In this document: one piece after another, positions 29,168-39,723 of the stretch
Numbering within the stretch: the first letter of the stretch is position 1
How the letters are laid out: each line of letters begins with the position of its first letter
Assembly (NCBI GenBank): GCA_017513865.1
Contig: JAFWMN010000032.1
Span: 16,678 to 80,677, forward strand
DNA: 64,000 nucleotides
Source of the DNA: Bacilli bacterium
GTDB lineage: Bacteria; Bacillota_I; Bacilli_A; RF39; UBA660
Reading direction: 5' to 3'
Made by a program: the position numbers and the translations under genes
Notes under the pieces: generated by a model
Told to the model about the DNA's origin: nothing
What the model saw: the letters and a program-made list of their open reading frames with translations, nothing else
The model's database searches: none

Positions 29168-29379
29168 TGTTCTTTGAAAATTTAGTAAAAATAATCAAAT
29201 ACGTTCTTATTACTTTGAGCACATTAACAAGTACGCTTGCGAATAATACTTGGTTATAAATATTAATTTGCTTTTAATAATGCGATGACAAGAAATAAGT
29301 ATAATGATACTTCTACCCAGCCACAGACTCAACCAATGGGGGTAGTCCTGAATAGATCCAGGAAAGTGAAAATCTTATG
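29168..29379 (+). repeat. 212-bp conserved leader repeat, copy A (about 88% identical to 42389..42600). Contains TATAAT, a CTACCC...GGGTAG hairpin, an RBS and an ATG.
   Basis: Direct repeat found by eye. Both copies lie just downstream of a sigma-like gene and its terminator. Confidence 0.85.
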
Positions 29380-31344
29380 GAATTGATTAGCAATCAATCA
29401 TTTGATTATTACGTGAAACAAATTTTAATAATAAATTTAAAAAGAAAGGTTGTGGAAAAAATGAATTTAGATAATTTAAAATTATCAGGAGTCGGAGAAA
29501 TTCATTTAACAGATTCACTTAATGCATCATTGCTAAAGTTAAATGTTAAACTAAATTCTTCATCCGTGGCTCCAAACAGTAATGATTTGTTCATATATGT
29601 TGATAAAGCAGACATGAACAATCAAACAGATGAAAGAAAAGAATATTTATTTGATTTATCAAACCCATTAAAACAACTAAATGGAGTTAGTGATGAATTT
29701 AAATTAACAATTGAATTTGAAGAAAATGAAGCAATATTAAAAGCTTCCGTAAAAAGAATGATTGGAGTATCTGAAGAAATAGATTATGTATTAGATAGTC
29801 CTGTAATTGAAGAAATTGAAAGTTTTCCAATAACATTATTTGAAGGTGAAAACTATATTTATACAAATTATACAGGAGCAGTTATTGATTTAATGTATCC
29901 AAAAGATACAGAAGTAAATAGAATGTTTTTAAACAATGCTATTTATTACGGTCATAAATTAAAAAAAGATGGTGAATTTACTTTAGATGATATTTATTTC
30001 AAAGATGCATTTACAAAAACAGAAGACAAACTAAACTTAGAAGTGAATAATGCTAACATTGACTGTTTAACTTCTAGAAATAATAAATTTAGTTTAGACA
30101 GTGAAGGTAATTTAATAGTTAATAGTATTACTTCAAAAATACAGACTAATATTGCAGGAGAAGTTACCCTAGACGGTGAAGCATCAAAAATAGAGATTAC
30201 AAATCTAGATGCTTTAAATGACGGCGGTGTATATGAATTTATCGCTATTGGATATACCAATTCTACTACTCAAACAGATATTAGTGTTAAAATTAATGAC
30301 CAAACTTCAGGATATCATCATTGCTATATGAATGCTCAAGGTAATCGAGATAATAGTGGTGGTTTATCTACTAATTTCAATTATGTTCAGGACAGTGATG
30401 ATATAAATGAATTTTTACAAACAAATGGGTCAATTAATTCTTATCCAGTAGTTGTAGAAGGAAGACTATATATTTCGGAAAATTCTTCTAATCAAAAGAG
30501 AGTTAATTATAGTTTAAGACATTATAGAAGTGTTGCATCAGGACAGTCAATTTGTCTATTAGGTGGTGTATTTTCTCAATCATTTGAAAATATTAATTCA
30601 TTAAGTATTTCTTTAACTAACAGTTCAATTAAATTTTCTAAAGGCTCTAGACTAGTCGTATTTAATCCATTAAAGGGGGCAAAAGGTGACCAAGGGGAAA
30701 CTGGCGCTACAGGTCCTTCAAATTCAATAACTATTGGTACAGTAGTAGCGGGAAATGAAGCTAGTGCTACACTTACTGGTGAAAGTCCAAATCAGGTACT
30801 TAATCTTGTATTGCCAAGAGGTGAACAAGGAGAAGCCGGAGGAACAATGACGGTTTCTGAAGTTGAAAATTTAATTACCCAAAGACTTGGTACTTTATAT
30901 CCTGTGGGAAGTATTTATATGTCAGTAGTTGCAACGAATCCAAGTACGTTATTTGGTGGAACTTGGGAACAGCTTAAAGATAGATTTTTACTTGGCGCTG
31001 GAGATATTTATGAAAATGGTGCTACAGGTGGTAGTGCTGAATTACAAGCCCATTTTCATGGTATACCTTCTTTAAGTGGAACAGCTCAAAGTAATGGTGA
31101 TCATTCCCATGTCACATCAAGAAGAACTTCTACATATGGCTCAGGCATGCAGTCAAATTGGAGATGTATTACAGCCCCAGCATCAGCTAATGGAGATTAT
31201 ACTCAGATAAGTAATACTGAAAATGCAGGAGCTCACACACATACAGTAACAACTAATGCAAGCACTACAGAAAGCACAGGTAATGGTACAGCAGGAAATA
31301 TGCCACCATATTTAGCAGTCTATATGTGGAAACGTATTTCATAG
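29377..31344 (+). CDS. Phage tail-fibre-like protein with collagen-like G-X-Y repeats and a C-terminal tail-collar-type domain
   Basis: GAKGDQGETGATGPS...RGEQGEAGG collagen triplets. C-terminal PVGSIYMS...LFGGTWEQLKDRFLLGAG pattern of the phage tail-collar/fibre domain, then His-rich motifs. Confidence 0.6.
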   Translation: MELISNQSFDYYVKQILIINLKRKVVEKMNLDNLKLSGVGEIHLTDSLNASLLKLNVKLNSSSVAPNSNDLFIYVDKADMNNQTDERKEYLFDLSNPLKQLNGVSDEFKLTIEFEENEAILKASVKRMIGVSEEIDYVLDSPVIEEIESFPITLFEGENYIYTNYTGAVIDLMYPKDTEVNRMFLNNAIYYGHKLKKDGEFTLDDIYFKDAFTKTEDKLNLEVNNANIDCLTSRNNKFSLDSEGNLIVNSITSKIQTNIAGEVTLDGEASKIEITNLDALNDGGVYEFIAIGYTNSTTQTDISVKINDQTSGYHHCYMNAQGNRDNSGGLSTNFNYVQDSDDINEFLQTNGSINSYPVVVEGRLYISENSSNQKRVNYSLRHYRSVASGQSICLLGGVFSQSFENINSLSISLTNSSIKFSKGSRLVVFNPLKGAKGDQGETGATGPSNSITIGTVVAGNEASATLTGESPNQVLNLVLPRGEQGEAGGTMTVSEVENLITQRLGTLYPVGSIYMSVVATNPSTLFGGTWEQLKDRFLLGAGDIYENGATGGSAELQAHFHGIPSLSGTAQSNGDHSHVTSRRTSTYGSGMQSNWRCITAPASANGDYTQISNTENAGAHTHTVTTNASTTESTGNGTAGNMPPYLAVYMWKRIS

Positions 31345-31366
31345 TATTAGTGAAAAAGGTGATAAA

Positions 31367-34300
31367 ATGAATAATAATAAGTTTAACAGATTAAATAATA
31401 ATAGAAAACTGTCAAAAGAAGAAATTATGGCAAAAGTTAAAAAGGATTTAGAACCTGATAAAGGTATTGAAATTATATCTAAACGTGGAAAAAGGGAAAA
31501 GCATTTTTTGCAAAAAGATGGTACTATTGTTGCGAAAATATATTCTGACGACATTCATTTTCAAAAAAATAACAAATATGAAGAAATAGATAATACTTTG
31601 ATAAAAGAAGGAAAATATTATAGAAATAAAAATAATTCTTTTAAAGTATATTTTAAAAATAATAGTAAAGAAGATTTTCTTATTTATGAAATTGATGGTA
31701 GCAATTTGATTTTTAACATAACAGATGTTAATGATACTCAGGCAATTATTAGTGATACTGATACTAAATATGTTAAGAAAATTACATATAAAAACATATA
31801 TGAAGAAATAGATTTTGAATATTTGATAACCCCTACAAAAGTAAAAGAAAATATAATTATTAAAAATAAAGAATCATTAAAAAACGATATTAAGTTCATT
31901 TTGAAAACTGAATTATATTTAAAATATAATTCTGAAAAAAGTATAAGCGCAATAAAAAACGGTAAAGTATTGTTCAATTTAGAAGCACCATATATAATCG
32001 ATGCGAATGGCGATATTATCGATAATGTATCATATAAACTAAACAGTTTAGATAATGGATATGAACTATCTTTCATAATAAATAAGGATAAATTATCAGA
32101 TAATAATATTAATTATCCTATTATTATAGACCCAACCATCTCAACATATAGTGATGGCGAAGTTTATGATACATATATATACCCAGGAGATGCATCTGAT
32201 AATTGCAATAGTCATGATGTCTTAAAAGCTTGTGTTGAAAAGGTTAATGGGCAAAATAGAATTAATAGAAGTTTAATAAAATTTGACTTACCTACAATTG
32301 GAACCGGAAGTCAAATCTGCGAAGCAAGATTAAATTTGGTTGGTTATCCTTTATCTGATAATTGGTATGTTGGAAATAATGATAATAATTATATTGATGT
32401 ACATAGGATTACAGAAGATTGGAATGAAAGCAATGCAAAATGGAATAATATGAATGATAAATATGATCATAAAATAATAGACTCATCATATTTTGTTAAA
32501 GGTACAATAACATTTGAAGATACAGATTACACGTATACTGGATATTCTTCCTTCAATATCACTTCATTAGTTCAGAGTTGGTATACTGATAGTCAGAATT
32601 ATGGTGTTTTGCTTAAACAACATAATGAAACATATAATAGCAATTGTGAATTAGCTAAGTTTTATTCAAAAAATAATAATATTAGTGGCGATAACCCAAA
32701 ACCAACTTTAATTATAGTGTATAGAAATCAGAATGGTTTAGAATCATATATGAATTACCAATCACAAGCAATTACTAATGGTATGGTTTATCAGAATACG
32801 TTTAATGGAAATCTTATAGCAATGCTTCAAGTAGCACAGACAATTGGAAGTTATTTGCCTGTTAATTTAAACATTGTTTATAATACAAATGATGTTATTC
32901 TAAATAATAATAGAGGCTTAGGAATTGGGTTTAAATTCACATTATGGCAGACAATAAAAGAAGTCACCATCTCTGGAATTAATTATTTAGAATATTTAGA
33001 TGAAGATGGAACATTACATTATTTTATTAACGAAGATGGTGTATATAAAGATGAAGATAATTTGGAACTTTCTATAGAAAAAAATACTAGTTACTATTTA
33101 TTAACCGATAGATTTGGTAATAAAATGACATTTACAATAGTAAATAGTATAGGATATCTGACAAAGTATCAGGACACATCCAACAATACTATAACGATTA
33201 ATTATGATTCTTCCAATAGAATAATAGAAGTTGTTGACAGCAATAATAAAAATATAATAATTAATTATGATAATGATTTAGTTAGGGTAATAAGTGCTAA
33301 TAATACTGTATGCTTGAATTATTTATCTAATAAATTAGTTTCAGTTTCATATGATTCTGATATTATATCTTTTTCTTATAATGACAATAATTGTATATCA
33401 GAAATAATAAACACAGATGGTTTAAAACTACAATATGAATATTATGAAAAAACACCACATAAGATTAAAAAAGTAAAAGAATATGGGCTGAACAATGAAG
33501 AAGGGTCTTACTTTAGATTTGATTATGGACACAATATTACAAAAATTACTGATAATAAAAATAGAGTAACAACTATAAGTTTTAATGACTCAGGATTAGA
33601 AGTATGTACAAGTGATTTAAAGAATGAAAATGGAGTGTCGAATGCATATTCTATTTTTAACAAATATGGTGAAGATGATATATATAAAAATAAGTTAATA
33701 ACCGGTGGTATCCCAACAAAATATGTAAAGAACTATTTAAAGAACACAGGATTCGAAAATAACGAATTGTTTTTTGTTAAGAGCGATAATTTATTTGATT
33801 TATCATTAACTGAAGAACATGCTTATAATGGGAATAGAAGTTTAAAACTGTCAACAGAATTAAATGATAAAAATATAAGCTACTCGATTTCTGTTCCTAA
33901 AGGGAAATACTATACTTTTAGTTGCTATATTAAGAATAATGCCAAAGTAAAAATTGGATTATCCTACATAGATAGTAATAATAATAGCATTTCGAATAAT
34001 TCTGAATATATCATGCCATCTCAAAGATTTGAGCGAAATGAAGTTTCTATTTTTTATCCAAATGATTCTTTAAGTAATATATCTATAAATATATATCAGG
34101 AATTTGCAGGAATTACTTATATAGATAATATTCAGCTTGAAGAAGGCCAAATTGCAAACAAATTTAATTATATTGAAAATTCTGATTTTTCAGATGGTTT
34201 AACAGGATGGGATTTGTCTTCTGGTGATAATGATAACTCTAGATTTAGTATAGTAGCACTAGATGATAATAGCAAAGCTTTAAAAATTAATATGGATCCT

Positions 34301-37300
34301 ATTATATATACAAGCATTTATAAAGAATTTTATATTAATGGCAAAGCAGGTGAAAAGTATACAATATCGTTTTGGTACAAGGATAACGGTAATTCAAATC
34401 CTGAAAACAATTATGTTATTATTTCACCTAATTTTGAAGAATCATTGGAAACAGATTGGCATCCAGAAGAATCATTAAATTCAAGTGCTAACATTTGGCA
34501 ATATTTTTCAAAAACTATGACTATGCCAGCATCTTTTGATAAAATTGGAATATTACTATTGCAGCATGATGTTAATGAAATGTATATAACAAATATATCA
34601 CTTTACAAAGATGAAAATGAAAGTTCTTATAATTATGACGCTAATGGAAATGTTATAGGAATATATGACTATAACAAAAAAATTGGTTCATATAATTATG
34701 ATTCAAATAATCAAATGATAGGCTCAGCAAATAAAGATGGATGTACTACTTATTATGAATATGATAATCTAATTCATGACAAAATCCATAGGAATCTTAC
34801 TGATTTTGGTATGGTTAATGAGATAATGTATGATAGCAATAATAATCCTATTGTATCAAGAACTATAAAAAAAGGATATCAAAATGATAATACTGATGGC
34901 TTATATAGTATAAGAATTAAAGGAAGTAACACTTATGTGAGAAATATTAGAAATCAAGTTGTTCTTTGTTCTAACTGTGGAATTCATGATTTGTGGAATG
35001 TTAGAAAATATAATGATGATTTTTATACAATTAGCCATTCAATTCTACTAAATAAATTTTTTACTGTCACAAATAATAAATTGACTTTGTGTGATTTTAA
35101 TGAACAAAAATCTTTATTCAAACTAACAAGAAATAAAAATGGTAGTTTTTCAATACAGGATTATAATAATAAATACTTAAAGGTTGATAATAATTTATTA
35201 ATATTGTCAGACTATTCACAAAATGATAGTAATTTTGAGTTTTACTTAGAAAATAGTGTTGGAAAGCAATTTATTGAAGGGAATACTAAATATAATAACA
35301 ATGGAAAATATATTGAAGAGACAATAGATAGCGGCTTATTTACTAGAAAGTATGTTATAGATGAAAATACTGGACATATTGAAAAAATAACTTCATCAGA
35401 TGGAAATGTTACTATTTATGAATATGATGAAGATGAAAAAATTAGTAAAGCAATAAACTTTGACAGAAAAATTATTTATAATTATAACGACAACAAGTGC
35501 TTAAAAGAAATAGTAGTTGGAAATAAAGTTTATAAGTTTATATATGATGACTTCTTAAATATTTCTGAAGTTTTATTAAATAATAATTATTCATTGATAA
35601 AAAGTAATTATGAAAATAATAATGGGGTAGTTTTATCTACAAAATATGGAAATAATGATTTAACATATTATACTTATGATGAGTTTGATAGGTTAAAAAC
35701 TATTACTAGAGGAGACGATGTATATACTTTTATTTACAACAATAATGGTCATTTAGTGAGAATAGTATCGAATAATCATGAAGAAAGATTTATTTATAAT
35801 GAAAATGGTAAATTAGACAGATATGAGTTTGACAATTTTAAGATAAAGTATTCAGAGTCAGATGATGGTATAAGTCACTTTAATGAGTTTGTAATAATAG
35901 AAGGAGAGAATAGTCATTCTGAGCAGATGAATTTTCAATATGTGAATAATAATATTGGGTGCTTAAATTTTGATAATAACAATATTCAATATAGTTATGA
36001 TGAAATAGGAAGATTGATTAAATCTAATATTAATAACAGCATTGATGTTACAATAGAATATTTAAGAAATGGAAATCGCATGACTTCATTAGTTAAAAAA
36101 TACAAATATTACAATAATACATATTTATATAAATATAATAAATCCGGTTTTATTACTCATGAATATATAAATGGAAAACTGAATCACAAATATTACTATA
36201 ATCACTATAATGAATTAATAAAAGAAGATGATTATAAGTTAAGTCAAACAATAAAGTATAATTATGATTTGTATGGAAATTTACTAGAAAAGCGAATTTA
36301 TAAAATTAACAGTTTTGAATTATTAGATCAGATAAAGTATGAATATAATACTAATTGGGAAGATCAATTAGTTGAATTTAACGGAGAAGAAATATTATAT
36401 GACGCAAGTGGAAATGTAACAAATATTAATAATAGAGTTACTTTAACGTGGTCAAATGGTAAGCAATTAGATAAATATCAAGATAATGAGGGTAATATAA
36501 TTATGTATAATTATTCTCATGATGGACTGAGAATAGGAAAAAACATAAATGGAAATGAAATAAAGTATTATTTAGATGGTCATAATATTATATTTGAAAA
36601 AGATGGATTAAATATGATATACTATATACGTGATAACAAGGGTAATCTTTTAGGATTTAAATATAATAATGATTTATATTATTATGTTAAAAATGTTCAA
36701 GAAGATATAATTGGAATTTTAAATTCTAACTATCAGTGCGTTGCAAAATATAGCTATGATAGCTGGGGTAATATTGTTTCAATTACTGATTCTAATGATA
36801 ATGATATTAGTCAGATTAATAATCATATTGCTAACATAAACCCTTTCAGATATCGTAGCTACTATTATGATAAAGAGACATCTCTTTATTATTTAAATAG
36901 TCGTTATTATAATCCTAAATGGGGAAGATTTATAAGTGCTGATGGAATTATAGGAGTTTCAGATTTTATGGGATTCAACTTATATCAATATGCTTTTAAT
37001 AATCCGATAAATTATTCAGATTCAGATGGACATTTTAGTGTACTAGCCGCTATTGTTGGTGGTGTTGTAATAGCAGGAGCATATTCTCTTATTAAAAAAG
37101 CAACTAATTCTAGTAGCAAAAAATCAAACAAGAAGAGTTCATCATCAAAAAACAAAAATAATAAAAAAAATAGTTCCAGTGTATCATCAGCAAGTTCAGT
37201 AGCAAGTGCAGGTGCTCAAAGAGCCTCTAGTAGTCTATCATCTTTAGCAGTTACTTGTACGTATAAAACTCCAAAGAAATATCATTATGAAGATGCAATT

Positions 37301-37765
37301 AAGCAAGCAGAATGCTTTGTTAAGGCTTATGGCATAACTAAAGAAACACATTATAGTCGTAATGATAACTATAATAAACTGCCACTAACTCATCAGAAAG
37401 AGGCGTTTAAATATCATTTTGTTCCAATGCAAAATTCTAGTTGTCATAATATAGGAACAAAAGGTAATACTAAGTATGTTGGACCTATAGAAACAATAGT
37501 TGTAAATGGAAAAGTTATTACAATTCAAAAGGAAGTCGTTTTTGATCCAAGAGGATTTATAGTTACTGATCCTAATAATTATGGAACAGCTAATTTTGCA
37601 CCAAGAATTGAGGGAATAGAAGACAAGGAACTACAAAAAGAAAATCACGATAGACATTATGCTTATGATGTAGCTGCATGGATTTTATGGGGTAATAGTG
37701 AAGATGATACAACATCTATTGAGCAGAGAATAAATGCATATCATAAGTGGAAACCAAAAAAATAA
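31367..37765 (+). CDS. Rhs/YD-repeat polymorphic toxin (2132 aa) with tandem CBM-like domains, an inserted ricin-B-like beta-trefoil, an Rhs core, a TM helix plus Ser/Lys linker, and a variable C-terminal toxin domain
   Basis: Many YD repeats (YDxxGN, YxYDxxxR). Core end motif RYRSYYYDKETSLYYLNSRYYNPKWGRFISADGI. No signal peptide or LXG domain. Confidence 0.85.
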   Translation: MNNNKFNRLNNNRKLSKEEIMAKVKKDLEPDKGIEIISKRGKREKHFLQKDGTIVAKIYSDDIHFQKNNKYEEIDNTLIKEGKYYRNKNNSFKVYFKNNSKEDFLIYEIDGSNLIFNITDVNDTQAIISDTDTKYVKKITYKNIYEEIDFEYLITPTKVKENIIIKNKESLKNDIKFILKTELYLKYNSEKSISAIKNGKVLFNLEAPYIIDANGDIIDNVSYKLNSLDNGYELSFIINKDKLSDNNINYPIIIDPTISTYSDGEVYDTYIYPGDASDNCNSHDVLKACVEKVNGQNRINRSLIKFDLPTIGTGSQICEARLNLVGYPLSDNWYVGNNDNNYIDVHRITEDWNESNAKWNNMNDKYDHKIIDSSYFVKGTITFEDTDYTYTGYSSFNITSLVQSWYTDSQNYGVLLKQHNETYNSNCELAKFYSKNNNISGDNPKPTLIIVYRNQNGLESYMNYQSQAITNGMVYQNTFNGNLIAMLQVAQTIGSYLPVNLNIVYNTNDVILNNNRGLGIGFKFTLWQTIKEVTISGINYLEYLDEDGTLHYFINEDGVYKDEDNLELSIEKNTSYYLLTDRFGNKMTFTIVNSIGYLTKYQDTSNNTITINYDSSNRIIEVVDSNNKNIIINYDNDLVRVISANNTVCLNYLSNKLVSVSYDSDIISFSYNDNNCISEIINTDGLKLQYEYYEKTPHKIKKVKEYGLNNEEGSYFRFDYGHNITKITDNKNRVTTISFNDSGLEVCTSDLKNENGVSNAYSIFNKYGEDDIYKNKLITGGIPTKYVKNYLKNTGFENNELFFVKSDNLFDLSLTEEHAYNGNRSLKLSTELNDKNISYSISVPKGKYYTFSCYIKNNAKVKIGLSYIDSNNNSISNNSEYIMPSQRFERNEVSIFYPNDSLSNISINIYQEFAGITYIDNIQLEEGQIANKFNYIENSDFSDGLTGWDLSSGDNDNSRFSIVALDDNSKALKINMDPIIYTSIYKEFYINGKAGEKYTISFWYKDNGNSNPENNYVIISPNFEESLETDWHPEESLNSSANIWQYFSKTMTMPASFDKIGILLLQHDVNEMYITNISLYKDENESSYNYDANGNVIGIYDYNKKIGSYNYDSNNQMIGSANKDGCTTYYEYDNLIHDKIHRNLTDFGMVNEIMYDSNNNPIVSRTIKKGYQNDNTDGLYSIRIKGSNTYVRNIRNQVVLCSNCGIHDLWNVRKYNDDFYTISHSILLNKFFTVTNNKLTLCDFNEQKSLFKLTRNKNGSFSIQDYNNKYLKVDNNLLILSDYSQNDSNFEFYLENSVGKQFIEGNTKYNNNGKYIEETIDSGLFTRKYVIDENTGHIEKITSSDGNVTIYEYDEDEKISKAINFDRKIIYNYNDNKCLKEIVVGNKVYKFIYDDFLNISEVLLNNNYSLIKSNYENNNGVVLSTKYGNNDLTYYTYDEFDRLKTITRGDDVYTFIYNNNGHLVRIVSNNHEERFIYNENGKLDRYEFDNFKIKYSESDDGISHFNEFVIIEGENSHSEQMNFQYVNNNIGCLNFDNNNIQYSYDEIGRLIKSNINNSIDVTIEYLRNGNRMTSLVKKYKYYNNTYLYKYNKSGFITHEYINGKLNHKYYYNHYNELIKEDDYKLSQTIKYNYDLYGNLLEKRIYKINSFELLDQIKYEYNTNWEDQLVEFNGEEILYDASGNVTNINNRVTLTWSNGKQLDKYQDNEGNIIMYNYSHDGLRIGKNINGNEIKYYLDGHNIIFEKDGLNMIYYIRDNKGNLLGFKYNNDLYYYVKNVQEDIIGILNSNYQCVAKYSYDSWGNIVSITDSNDNDISQINNHIANINPFRYRSYYYDKETSLYYLNSRYYNPKWGRFISADGIIGVSDFMGFNLYQYAFNNPINYSDSDGHFSVLAAIVGGVVIAGAYSLIKKATNSSSKKSNKKSSSSKNKNNKKNSSSVSSASSVASAGAQRASSSLSSLAVTCTYKTPKKYHYEDAIKQAECFVKAYGITKETHYSRNDNYNKLPLTHQKEAFKYHFVPMQNSSCHNIGTKGNTKYVGPIETIVVNGKVITIQKEVVFDPRGFIVTDPNNYGTANFAPRIEGIEDKELQKENHDRHYAYDVAAWILWGNSEDDTTSIEQRINAYHKWKPKK

Positions 37766-37785
37766 ATAGTTGAGGGGAGATAAAT

Positions 37786-38571
37786 ATGAAGAGAATATTA
37801 GGAATTATAATAATTTGCGTAATAATTATAATTACTTGTATTATTTCAATTTTTCGTACATTAAATAGTATGCATTTTAAGTATATCGAGAGGGGCGTAA
37901 AAATTGTTAATAGTAATATTTATCGTTTAAACCTTGCTATAGAAGATGAAAATGAACAAGAAATAAAAAAAATGATAAAAACGATTAATCTTAATAAGTT
38001 ACCATTTTTTTATGAACGAAATGTTATTGAAGAAACCAAGGAACAATACATGAATATTTCCCCATTATCTACCGCCTGCTGGATGGGAAATTATAAAATA
38101 GTTCAGATGTTAATTGAAAATGGTGCAGACGTTAATTATAGAGGGAATTCTTATAATTATTATCCGATTGAACATGCATTAATATATTATGGTATGACAG
38201 AAGATAGATATAAAATTGCAAAGCTATTAATAGAAAAAGGCTCAAAAATAAATGTACGAAGTAGTAATCAAAATTTGTTAGTTTCCTTTTTAATGGCTAA
38301 TTATATTGATAATGATGAATTAAATTCTAAACAAGCTAGATTATGTTTGAAAACAATAAAACTACTTATTAATAAATATAACTATAGTACTGATGAATTA
38401 AATGCCATTTTAGTTGCATCGGTTAAAAGTAATAATTTTATTGTTGCAAAATATCTGATAGAAAATTCTATGCTTTATGATAATAATCAACTTAAATTAA
38501 AAGAATTGTTATTAGAAATTGCAAAGTCCAATGAAAACAAGTCAATGATTGAGTACTTACAAAGTAAATAG
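37786..38571 (+). CDS. Ankyrin-repeat protein, putative immunity protein for the Rhs C-terminal toxin
   Basis: Ankyrin-like repeats (SPLSTACWMGNYKIVQMLIENGADVN...). Immediately downstream of the toxin gene in the canonical toxin/immunity arrangement. Confidence 0.6.
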   Translation: MKRILGIIIICVIIIITCIISIFRTLNSMHFKYIERGVKIVNSNIYRLNLAIEDENEQEIKKMIKTINLNKLPFFYERNVIEETKEQYMNISPLSTACWMGNYKIVQMLIENGADVNYRGNSYNYYPIEHALIYYGMTEDRYKIAKLLIEKGSKINVRSSNQNLLVSFLMANYIDNDELNSKQARLCLKTIKLLINKYNYSTDELNAILVASVKSNNFIVAKYLIENSMLYDNNQLKLKELLLEIAKSNENKSMIEYLQSK

Positions 38572-38695
38572 TTTATTTTTCTTATATTATTTAAAATAGT
38601 TTTATTAGTTAGTACATAATTGATTTTGTCAACTATAATTTAGTTGAATTTAATTACTTTATGTATTTCTAATTAATAAGGAAGGATGGCGAAAA

Positions 38696-39553
38696 TTGAG
38701 TGATATACTCAACATGCATATGACATTGGAAAGTAAAAAAATGAGCAATTACTATAAAAAATTTAAAAGTGGTAAAATAAGTATTGAAGAATTTGAAAAA
38801 GCGAAAAAAGAAGGTTATTTATTTGATTTTCCTACATATCTTGAACACGATGATATACTAAAGCAAATTAAATATTTTGTAAGTCAAATATCAAAAAAAG
38901 ATGTAGCTAATGCATTTCTCTATAGTTTAACAACAAGAAGACTTGAATATAGATCAATTTTAGGTTCATATTGGTATGCCGTAGCTTTATTTCCACACAA
39001 AAAACATAATCGTTATGGAACTGATGGATTTTGCGATATATGTGATTGGATGGATATGCCAAAAGATACACCTGAAAATGAAAAAAAATGGTATCATTAC
39101 AAATATAATATTTATAATTATGATAGATATAGAGTTGGGGGCATTGTACATACAAATGTCAATTATGTAATGTTTGATTTGCGTGAATTTCTAAAAATGC
39201 CAAAAGTTGAGCCAACACAAAAAGACAAAGAAATACTTTTGAAAACACTTCATCTTATTGATGATTTGAAATTAAATAACAAAGCTGGAACATATAGAGA
39301 TTACATTGTGAAAAATAAATTGTTCCCTACTAATAAAAATGAAATCGCTCAATTTTTAAATATACTAGGTGTCTGTGGAGTTTTATCAAGCGATATGTAT
39401 CCATGTTATGATGAATATTATGTTCCTGCGGATGGTTCTAGAGACCCAATTGAGTATTTAAATGATTTTCGCTATCCATTGAATAGATGGAAAGTAGCTG
39501 ATGGTATCAATAAAAAACGCTTTAAAAAAGTATTTGGTTTTGAATATAGATAA
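38696..39553 (+). CDS. Hypothetical protein (285 aa), possibly an orphan immunity or accessory protein
   Basis: ORF with a TTG start. Position in the polymorphic-toxin locus only. Confidence 0.35.
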   Translation: MSDILNMHMTLESKKMSNYYKKFKSGKISIEEFEKAKKEGYLFDFPTYLEHDDILKQIKYFVSQISKKDVANAFLYSLTTRRLEYRSILGSYWYAVALFPHKKHNRYGTDGFCDICDWMDMPKDTPENEKKWYHYKYNIYNYDRYRVGGIVHTNVNYVMFDLREFLKMPKVEPTQKDKEILLKTLHLIDDLKLNNKAGTYRDYIVKNKLFPTNKNEIAQFLNILGVCGVLSSDMYPCYDEYYVPADGSRDPIEYLNDFRYPLNRWKVADGINKKRFKKVFGFEYR

Positions 39554-39723
39554 TATTAAGCAAGATATTGAATATAGTCTCATCAATTTGTTTTCTTCAT
39601 TTACACTAAAAAGATAACTAATATTTGCAAAAGGAATATTATTATAAAACACACAAAATAGCAAAAAATTAAAGAATCTTTGATATTTATTCAAAGATTC
39701 TTTAATATTTATGAAAGGAAATT

